DNA from: a virus
Virus record (IMG/VR): IMGVR_UViG_3300020183_000013
Span: 73,576 to 137,575 of that record
Length of the DNA: 64,000 nt
Strand: one strand, 5' to 3'
The position numbers were made by a program, and so were the translations under genes. Shown here piece by piece: positions 57,241 through 64,000 of the stretch. Every line of letters starts with the position of its first letter. Positions within the stretch are counted from its first letter, which is position 1. The notes under the pieces are model-generated. The model did no database searches. It was not told the origin of the DNA and was given only the letters and a program-made list of their open reading frames with translations.

Positions 57241-58359
57241 ATGGCACTCTCCTCCGACTACATCCGCACTTCTCTTCAGAACCTTTATGGCAACAGTGTC
57301 ACTGGTGCTGATATTCGTGCCTGGTGTAATCTGAACGATGCTAACTATCAAACTGTAACTAAAAAACTTGAACAATTCAAAATTGGCCGTGGTAAATGGA
57401 ATCTTGAAGTGACTCAACAAAAAGTAGAAGAAATCGAACGTACTTTCCAAGCACCCTCTGTGGTTCCTCCTATCGAACAAAATCTTATTCCTGATAAAGA
57501 TGATACCTTCGTCAAGTTTGGTAACTTTGGTGATATTAAGAAAATTATTCAGTCCCGTATTTTTTATCCTGCGTTCATTACGGGTCTTTCGGGTAACGGT
57601 AAAACGTTCTCTGTGGAGCAAGCGTGTGCTCAACTTAAGCGTGAACTGATCCGTGTAAATATTACGATTGAAACTGATGAAGATGACCTTATTGGTGGTT
57701 TCCGCCTTGTTGATGGTGCCACTGTTTGGCACAATGGTCCTGTCATTGAAGCACTCGAACGTGGAGCGATCCTGCTCCTTGACGAGATTGACCTTGCCTC
57801 CAACAAAATCCTTTGTCTACAATCCGTGCTAGAAGGTAAAGGTGTATTCCTTAAGAAGATTGGTCGTTTCGTAAAACCTGCCGCTGGATTCAACGTGTTC
57901 GCAACCGCAAACACCAAGGGTAAGGGTTCTGATGACGGTCGCTTTATCGGCACTAACGTTCTCAACGAAGCCTTCCTTGAGCGTTTCCCTGTGACCTTTG
58001 AGCAGTCCTATCCTGCCCCTGCTACTGAGCAAAAGATCCTGGAAGGCATCGCTCTGGATCTGCAGGTGGAAGACCGTGACTTCTGTAAGCGTTTGGTTGA
58101 TTGGGCAGACATCATCCGCAAGACCTTCTATGATGGTGGTATTGAGGAAATCATCAGCACTCGCCGTCTGGTTCACATTATCCGTGCCTATAGTATCTTT
58201 GGTAACAAAGCAAAGGCAATTGATGTCTGTACTGCTAGGTTTGATGATGAAACTAAAATGGCTTTCATCGAACTCTATGATAAGGTCGATGCAGATTTCC
58301 AGATGCCTACTGAACAGGTGGATTACAATCCTAACATTGACCAACCCACTCCTTTCTGA
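57241..58359 (+). CDS. cobS: CobS/MoxR-type AAA+ ATPase
   Basis: GLSGNGKT, LLLDEID, ATANTKG.G, NEAFLERF, STRRL. Confidence 0.9.
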   Translation: MALSSDYIRTSLQNLYGNSVTGADIRAWCNLNDANYQTVTKKLEQFKIGRGKWNLEVTQQKVEEIERTFQAPSVVPPIEQNLIPDKDDTFVKFGNFGDIKKIIQSRIFYPAFITGLSGNGKTFSVEQACAQLKRELIRVNITIETDEDDLIGGFRLVDGATVWHNGPVIEALERGAILLLDEIDLASNKILCLQSVLEGKGVFLKKIGRFVKPAAGFNVFATANTKGKGSDDGRFIGTNVLNEAFLERFPVTFEQSYPAPATEQKILEGIALDLQVEDRDFCKRLVDWADIIRKTFYDGGIEEIISTRRLVHIIRAYSIFGNKAKAIDVCTARFDDETKMAFIELYDKVDADFQMPTEQVDYNPNIDQPTPF

Positions 58360-58365
58360 TATAAT
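58337..58365 (+). promoter_or_regulatory. sigma70-type promoter
   Basis: TTGACC-N17-TATAAT, followed by terminator-like hairpin 58368-58397. Confidence 0.7.
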
Positions 58366-58424
58366 TGGGGAAGGTAAATGTGCCTTCCCTCTTTTTTATG
58401 ATTGAATCAACTTTTACTATTACT

Positions 58425-58751
58425 ATGCCTGAAACAAAAAATCATCTCTGGAAATACAACGAAGACAAAATTCTCAAAGATGTTGAAGATTATGTGACTA
58501 GCACTTATGGGAGTCATTATTGTGGTCACGAACAAGACTACAAAGATGTACAAACAATTGACTTAATGGCAGCAAAAGAACTTGCTGCTGGATTCTGTCA
58601 AGCAAACATCATTAAGTATGGTAGCCGCTATGGTGACAAGGATGGACGCAACAAGCGTGATTTGCTCAAAGTAATTCACTATGCTATGCTGCTGCTCCAC
58701 TTTGATGGACACTACACCCGCAAAGATAATGGTCTCTCTGAATTTCGCTGA
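58425..58751 (+). CDS. DUF3310-like protein
   Basis: SHY..QTID..GFCQANIIKY.SRYG.KDG...DLLK..HY; start could be 58398. Confidence 0.75.
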   Translation: MPETKNHLWKYNEDKILKDVEDYVTSTYGSHYCGHEQDYKDVQTIDLMAAKELAAGFCQANIIKYGSRYGDKDGRNKRDLLKVIHYAMLLLHFDGHYTRKDNGLSEFR

Positions 58752-58756
58752 TTATT

Positions 58757-59422
58757 ATGAAACTCTCTGACAAAACTCTGACTCTGCTGAAGAACTTTTC
58801 TTCTATCAATCAGTCTATCCTCTTCAAAGAAGGTAGTTCTCTTCGCACTATTTCTGTGATGAAGAACATTCTTGCTGAGGCAACAATTGAAGAAGAACTG
58901 CCTAAAGACTTTGGAATCTATGACCTTAATCAGTTCTTGAACGGCCTTAATCTGCATCAAAATGCAGAACTAGATTTCCAAAATGATGGATATGTGGTTA
59001 TTAAGGAAGGTAAGTCACGCTCCAAATATTTCTTTGCAGATCCTAATGTAATTATCACTCCTCCTGATAAAGATATTGTTCTGCCGAGTGAAGATGTTTG
59101 TTTCCTTCTTGATACCAAAGAACTTGATAAACTCCTTAAAGCTGCTGCTGTTTATCAACTTCCTGACTTGTCTGTGGTTGGTGAAGCAGGTGTGGTGAAA
59201 CTGGTTGTTCGTGATAAGAAGAATGACACATCCAACGACTTCTCTGTGGTCGTTGGTGAAACCGATGAAACTTTCTCTTTCAACTTCAAGGTAGAAAACA
59301 TCAAGATTATTCCTGGCAATTATGAAGTTGTTATTTCCAGCAAACTTTTGTCACGTTTCAAGAACACTGGATTTGATGTGACTTATCATATCGCCCTTGA
59401 ACCTGACTCTACTTTTGGATGA
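58757..59422 (+). CDS. gp45: Sliding clamp gp45
   Basis: MKLS..T..LLKNFSSINQSI, FGIYDLNQFL. Confidence 0.95.
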   Translation: MKLSDKTLTLLKNFSSINQSILFKEGSSLRTISVMKNILAEATIEEELPKDFGIYDLNQFLNGLNLHQNAELDFQNDGYVVIKEGKSRSKYFFADPNVIITPPDKDIVLPSEDVCFLLDTKELDKLLKAAAVYQLPDLSVVGEAGVVKLVVRDKKNDTSNDFSVVVGETDETFSFNFKVENIKIIPGNYEVVISSKLLSRFKNTGFDVTYHIALEPDSTFG

Positions 59423-59565
59423 AATATTCTGTAAAGTATAAAATCCCTGGAGATGGTAGATATCTGGAACTTGTGGTCGAAGCAACAAGTCAATCACAAG
59501 CAAAAAAGATTGCTCAAGCACAAGTTCCCTCTGCTATAATTATTGGTGGTCCGCAACCTTTGTAA
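59419..59565 (+). CDS. Hypothetical micro-protein (48 aa, not in ORF track)
   Basis: MKYSVKYKIPGDGRYLELVVEATSQSQAKKIAQAQVP..; ATGA and TAATG coupling. Confidence 0.7.
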   Translation: MKYSVKYKIPGDGRYLELVVEATSQSQAKKIAQAQVPSAIIIGGPQPL

Positions 59566-60077
59566 TGAACATTTTTGTGACTTCTCCTTGGCCTGCTGAG
59601 AGTGCTATTTGTCTTCCTGACAAACACATTGTTAAAATGCCGTTAGAGTGTTGTCAGATGCTTTCCATTGTTGCTTCTGAAAAGTGGGGACACAGATATG
59701 GTCCTTTATATAAGACTGATAACACTCCTTACAAAACCGAAAAAGGTGCCTTTCGCAATCATCCTTGCACCAAATGGGCAATGAAAAATATCCACAATGC
59801 TTATTGGTTAATTAAACACGGACTTAATTTGTGTGATGAGTACACTTTGCGGTATAATAAAACTCATTCGTGTTATAAAACACTTGTGGATGCTTATTAT
59901 TTGTTTCCCAAGGGGAAGATTACTGAAGTAACTTCATTTGCACGAGCAATGCCAGATGAATTTAAATTTGACACAAGCATCGACACTTTTACTGCTTACA
60001 AGATGTATATTGCATCCAAACCTTGGGTTGCATCTAATTATCTTCGTATGCCAGAAAGAAAACCTGAATGGATCTAA
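59565..60077 (+). CDS. Pyrimidine-dimer DNA glycosylase / DenV-superfamily protein
   Basis: MNIF....P..SA..L.DKHIVKM.LE..QMLS, NHPCT.WA. Confidence 0.75.
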   Translation: MNIFVTSPWPAESAICLPDKHIVKMPLECCQMLSIVASEKWGHRYGPLYKTDNTPYKTEKGAFRNHPCTKWAMKNIHNAYWLIKHGLNLCDEYTLRYNKTHSCYKTLVDAYYLFPKGKITEVTSFARAMPDEFKFDTSIDTFTAYKMYIASKPWVASNYLRMPERKPEWI

Positions 60078-60080
60078 ATT

Positions 60081-61025
60081 ATGACAAGTGAATTTCTTTA
60101 TGTGGAAAAATACCGTCCTCAAGTAATTGATGACTGTATTCTTCCTGATGAAACTAAAAAAACCTTTAAGGAGTTTGTAGCAAAAGGTGAGATTCCCAAT
60201 CTCCTTCTTGCTGGCCCTCCTGGTATTGGTAAAACTACAATCGCAAAAGCATTATGTAATGAATTGGGGGCAGATTATTATGTCATCAATGGATCCGACG
60301 AAGGACGTTTCTTGGATACTGTACGAAACCAAGCAAAGAACTTTGCTTCGACCGTCTCACTTACGGGATCTTCTAAACACAAGGTCATCATCATCGATGA
60401 GGCGGATAACACAGGAAACGACGTACAACTCCTACTACGGGCGAATATTGAGGCATTTTATAGCAACTGCCGATTCATCTTCACCTGCAACTACAAGAAC
60501 AAGATTATTGAACCCCTTCACTCCCGATGTGCAGTCATTGACTTCACCATCAAAGGGAAGCAAAGAGTTCAACTTGCGGGTAGTTTCTTTCAACGACTTC
60601 AATCAATCCTGGATCAGGAAAAAATTGAATATGATCAAAAAGTCGTTGCGGAACTTGTATCAAAACACTTCCCAGATTTTCGTAGGGTCCTCAATGAATG
60701 CCAAAGGTATTCTACAGGAGGAAAAATCGACTCGGGCATTCTTGCATCTTTCTCAGACATCTCTGTAAATGAACTCATTAAGAATCTCAAAGATAAGAAC
60801 TTTACTGAAGTCCGAAAGTGGGTGGTCTCCAACTTGGACAACGATGCTAGTAGCCTACTTCGCAGGATTTATGACGCCACTTTTGATTGTCTTTCACCCC
60901 AATCTATTCCTGCTGCCGTTCTTGTTATTGCTAAGTATCAATACCAATGTGCGTTCGTGGCTGACCAAGAAGTAAATCTTCTTGCTGCTTTAACTGAAAT
61001 TATGTGTGAGTGTGAATTCAAATGA
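60081..61025 (+). CDS. gp44: Clamp loader large subunit gp44
   Basis: EKYRP, GPPGIGKTT, IIDEAD, SRC. Confidence 0.95.
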   Translation: MTSEFLYVEKYRPQVIDDCILPDETKKTFKEFVAKGEIPNLLLAGPPGIGKTTIAKALCNELGADYYVINGSDEGRFLDTVRNQAKNFASTVSLTGSSKHKVIIIDEADNTGNDVQLLLRANIEAFYSNCRFIFTCNYKNKIIEPLHSRCAVIDFTIKGKQRVQLAGSFFQRLQSILDQEKIEYDQKVVAELVSKHFPDFRRVLNECQRYSTGGKIDSGILASFSDISVNELIKNLKDKNFTEVRKWVVSNLDNDASSLLRRIYDATFDCLSPQSIPAAVLVIAKYQYQCAFVADQEVNLLAALTEIMCECEFK

Positions 61026-61309
61026 CTGTAAAACTTATTCGAATGTCTTCTGGAGAAGACCTTATTGCAACCCTAAACAAAGAGACTGATAATAATATTG
61101 TTATTCAGGACGCAATCGTTGCAGTTCCCACTGGAAGTGGAACTCTTGGATTTGTTCCTTGGGCTCCTCTACTCAGTAAGACTGAAAAAGAATTGACCGT
61201 GGAAAAAATCTTCGTGGTCTATGTTGCAGAACCTGATGAAGGTGTTGTAAAGCAATATGATATGATGTTTAATAAGATCATAACTCCATCCAAAAAACTA
61301 ATTCAATGA
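61022..61309 (+). CDS. Hypothetical protein (Sm-like pattern)
   Basis: VKLIRMSSGEDLIA..GFVPW. Confidence 0.7.
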   Translation: MTVKLIRMSSGEDLIATLNKETDNNIVIQDAIVAVPTGSGTLGFVPWAPLLSKTEKELTVEKIFVVYVAEPDEGVVKQYDMMFNKIITPSKKLIQ

Positions 61310-62421
61310 TTATTTCTGAACAAGACGCTCTGTGGGCAGCAGATGAATTTATTGAGTATTTCTCTCAGATGGGAAATATTGAGGATTATTTGCGTTTTGT
61401 GAAGAAGGAAGTAATCAAGAGTTCTAATACACTTGCTCCATTGCACGATGAGTTCTTCAATGAAGATATTCATCCAGAAGATATGGAGTTTGATATCAAG
61501 TTTGTTGGTGACCGTTTCCAGCAAGCACTACCTCAAGAACACTACAACACTCTTCTGAGAGTTGTGTCTTCTCATAACAATGAATCAAATATTCCTGGTA
61601 GAGAACTACGTTGGATGGTTTTTGAAAAGAATACTGGTAAGGTTATTGGATTTATCCGTTTTGGTTCTCCAACAATCAATTCAAAACCAAGAAATGAATG
61701 GTTAGGAAAAACACCAGATCTCTCCATCTTTAATCGTCACGCAGCTATGGGTTTTGTGATTGTTCCATCACAACCATTTGGATACAATTATCTTGGCGGT
61801 AAACTTCTAGCACTACTTTGTTGTTCTCATTATGCAAGAGAAACACTTAATCAAGTCTTTGAAAAAGACATCGCCCTTTTTGAGACAACTTCTCTTTATG
61901 GTTCAACTACAGATGCATCTCAATATGATGGTCTAAAACCTTTTATGAGATATAAAGGTTTGACTGAGAGTAAGTTCTTACCTCTTCTTCACGACGATGT
62001 ATTCCATAAATTGCACGATAGGTTTACATACCTGAATAACAATACTCCTTTGACTGATAACAAAGCATCATCAAAAAAGATGAAGCGCCAGACAAAGATG
62101 ATCTCAATTATTCGTAACTCTCTTCAAGATAAACAAAAACTTGATGAGTTTAATCGTGTAATTGATATGGCATTTAACCTTACTCAGAAGAAAAGATTTT
62201 ATATTTCCGACTATGGTTATTCAAATGTGCGTGAAGTAATCCTTGGGGAACAAGATAAACTTATTCCTGGTCCAAATTGGGATAAGTTCTACTTGGAAAA
62301 CATTATCTTTTGGTGGAAAAAGAAAGCAACTAAGAGATATGAAAAACTAAAGGAAGAAGGAAGACTAAGAACCAGAGTTGAACTTTGGACCGATGACGAC
62401 GAAATTCAAATTATACGATGA
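61306..62421 (+). CDS. DUF4338 / DruA-like (GNAT/Mom-like) protein
   Basis: PGRELRW....TGKVIGFI.FGSP....PRN.W.G, PFGYNYLGGKLLALL, TTSLYG...SQY. Confidence 0.7.
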   Translation: MIISEQDALWAADEFIEYFSQMGNIEDYLRFVKKEVIKSSNTLAPLHDEFFNEDIHPEDMEFDIKFVGDRFQQALPQEHYNTLLRVVSSHNNESNIPGRELRWMVFEKNTGKVIGFIRFGSPTINSKPRNEWLGKTPDLSIFNRHAAMGFVIVPSQPFGYNYLGGKLLALLCCSHYARETLNQVFEKDIALFETTSLYGSTTDASQYDGLKPFMRYKGLTESKFLPLLHDDVFHKLHDRFTYLNNNTPLTDNKASSKKMKRQTKMISIIRNSLQDKQKLDEFNRVIDMAFNLTQKKRFYISDYGYSNVREVILGEQDKLIPGPNWDKFYLENIIFWWKKKATKRYEKLKEEGRLRTRVELWTDDDEIQIIR

Positions 62422-62804
62422 CTTACGAACTTAAAGATTGGTTGAACTCCATTAACTTCACCAAAGAAGATTTGATGGAAAGTGATCCAGATTCAAAAAA
62501 AGAATACTCTCCTTATGTTATTAATCGATGTCTATCTGGACATATTGATTGCATTCTTTTTGCAAATGAAATGAATATGTACCATAGTCTTGATAAAGAT
62601 ATGCAGTATTCATTTTACCTAAATAGTCTGAGGAAAAGGAAGAGATTTTCTCCCTGGCTCCGTAAAGATAAAGTCAAAGATTTAGAATGCATTAAAAAAT
62701 ACTATAGTTATAGTAATGAGAAGGCATCTCAAGCTTTGAAAATTCTAAATAAAGAACAACTAGATTTTATTAAAAAACGACTTGAAACTGGCGGAACAAA
62801 ATGA
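62418..62804 (+). CDS. gp62: Clamp loader small subunit gp62
   Basis: LNSIN..K, Y.PYVINR.LS, KRKRFSPW, YYSYSNEKA. Confidence 0.92.
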   Translation: MTYELKDWLNSINFTKEDLMESDPDSKKEYSPYVINRCLSGHIDCILFANEMNMYHSLDKDMQYSFYLNSLRKRKRFSPWLRKDKVKDLECIKKYYSYSNEKASQALKILNKEQLDFIKKRLETGGTK

Positions 62805-63241
62805 CTAACCAAACAATTGAACCACAAGTAAACTGGTCTCCCGATATGATGGTAGAGGTCGTTCTAAATGAACCTGATGATTTTTTGAAAGTTCGTGAAA
62901 CTTTGACTCGTATCGGAGTTGCATCGAGAAAAGAGAAAAAACTCTATCAAAGTGCTCATATTCTTCATAAGCAAGGCAGATATTATATCGTTCACTTTAA
63001 GGAACTGTTTGCTCTGGATGGTAAACACGCCAATCTAACTGTGAATGATGTTCAACGCCGCAATCGTATTGTTCGTCTTCTTGCTGACTGGGGACTGATT
63101 ACGGTTGTAAAGGAAAGTGCTGTAACAGACATTGCACCCCTCAATCAAATCAAAGTTCTTGCCTACAAAGACAAAGGTGATTGGATTTTAGAACAGAAGT
63201 ATAATATTGGTAAGAAAGGAAAAGCGGTAGAAACCGAATGA
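62801..63241 (+). CDS. regA: Translational repressor RegA
   Basis: PDDFLKVRETLTRIGVASRK, LYQSAHILHKQGRYYIVHFKELF. Confidence 0.96.
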   Translation: MTNQTIEPQVNWSPDMMVEVVLNEPDDFLKVRETLTRIGVASRKEKKLYQSAHILHKQGRYYIVHFKELFALDGKHANLTVNDVQRRNRIVRLLADWGLITVVKESAVTDIAPLNQIKVLAYKDKGDWILEQKYNIGKKGKAVETE

Positions 63242-63247
63242 AAAAAT

Positions 63248-63272
63248 ACGGGGTCCAACACCCCGTTTTTTT
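63248..63272 (+). terminator. Intrinsic terminator after regA
   Basis: ACGGGGT..ACCCCGT followed by a T run. Confidence 0.8.
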
Positions 63273-63313
63273 ATATTCTTGTATTTTATAAATAACTAAA
63301 AAGTATTCGTAAA

Positions 63314-63835
63314 ATGGACGCACAAGAACTTCGTAATCTTCAAGAAGCATATTTAGAAGTTGTTGAAAATCAGCAACTTGATGAAATATCACAGAAGACT
63401 GCTACTAGTACATATGCTCAAAGAAGAACTGGTGAGTTTGAAGGTGATGATGCTCCTAATAGAGTAGCAAAAACCAATAAACTCAAAGGTCGTATTGAGA
63501 AAAAGTTTGGAGCAAAGGCAGGAGAACATGCAGATAGAGCAGCAGATGTTAAAACCTTTGGTCGCAAGGATGCAAGTGGTGGACGCAAGCAAAGTCCACA
63601 ACCAAGAATTCAAACAAGTGATCATGAAAATCAAAGAGAATTTAAAAGAGAGTTGAGGATTAAGAGAGATAGAAGACTTCGTGCAGCGCGTGGAGAGGAT
63701 ACGAATGAGCAAGTAGATATATATGATGTACTTCTTTCACACCTCCTTGATGAAGGATATGCTGAAACACCAGAAGCAGCAGAAGCAATTATGGTGAATA
63801 TGAGTGAAGAGTGGAGACAGAGTATTCTTGGTTGA
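63314..63835 (+). CDS. Putative head-internal protein (acidic ends, basic core)
   Basis: TATAAATA at 63287-63294; LQEAY..LDE N-terminus; C-terminal YDVLLSHLLDEGYAET.EAAEAIM.NMSEEW. Confidence 0.7.
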   Translation: MDAQELRNLQEAYLEVVENQQLDEISQKTATSTYAQRRTGEFEGDDAPNRVAKTNKLKGRIEKKFGAKAGEHADRAADVKTFGRKDASGGRKQSPQPRIQTSDHENQREFKRELRIKRDRRLRAARGEDTNEQVDIYDVLLSHLLDEGYAETPEAAEAIMVNMSEEWRQSILG

Positions 63836-63877
63836 TAAATATTAGTGCTTGTTTGTGGTTATTCAAGCAAAGAATTG

Positions 63878-63900
63878 GGAGCAGAAATGCTCCTTTTCTT
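63878..63900 (+). terminator. Intrinsic terminator
   Basis: GGAGCA-GAAA-TGCTCC-TTTTCTT. Confidence 0.75.
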
Positions 63901-63931
63901 GTATAAATAACTATAACCACAAACAAAGCAG

Positions 63932-64000
63932 ATGAAAAAGTATTATGTTTACGCTTATTTGCGTGAAGATAGATATTCTCCGTATTATATTGGGAAAGGT
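63932..64000 (+). CDS. GIY-YIG homing endonuclease (5' partial)
   Basis: MKKYYVYAYLREDRYSPYYIGKG; TATAAATA late promoter 63902-63909. Confidence 0.75.
   Translation, partial: MKKYYVYAYLREDRYSPYYIGKG

Noticed and set aside
57241-58359. cobS as a true cobalamin-synthesis gene
   Set aside because: No cobN or other cob genes are present; it is better treated as a MoxR-type AAA+ partner of the VWA protein
1-64000. tRNA/rRNA genes and photosynthesis genes (psbA, hli)
   Set aside because: No cloverleaf or recognisable sequence was found by eye; intergenic gaps are short and otherwise explained

Overview
This window is a 64-kb segment of a T4-like cyanomyovirus (Kyanoviridae-like, probably a freshwater lineage). 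All credible protein genes lie on the + strand. (i) 1-4.5 kb is a GC-richer array of small early genes. Nearly every gene is preceded by a repeated module: a palindrome GTG(A/C)CA-N10-TG(G/C/A)CAC, a variable hairpin and a sigma70 -10 box at fixed spacing. The palindrome usually contains the stop codon of the previous gene. Cargo includes an ArdA-like antirestriction protein, a PvuII-like endonuclease, a ligase-like nucleotidyltransferase, an HTH-like protein and several hyper-acidic micro-proteins. (ii) A structured non-coding boundary lies at about 4.5 kb, followed by glycosyltransferase and ATP-grasp-like genes. (iii) 7-48 kb is the virion module: gp25, gp6, gp7-like, gp8, VrlC-like, gp13-23, gp3. 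It includes a modular, probably protease-processed internal polyprotein between gp16 and gp17. (iv) 48-64 kb covers recombination, replication and transcription: uvsY, uvsW, gp55, gp47/46, CobT/CobS-like pair, gp45, DenV-like, gp44, DruA/DUF4338-like, gp62 and regA. It ends in a truncated GIY-YIG endonuclease with an antisense-like leader. CATG appears strongly avoided. No tRNA, rRNA or CRISPR array was seen. All family calls come from motif recognition by eye, not from database searches.
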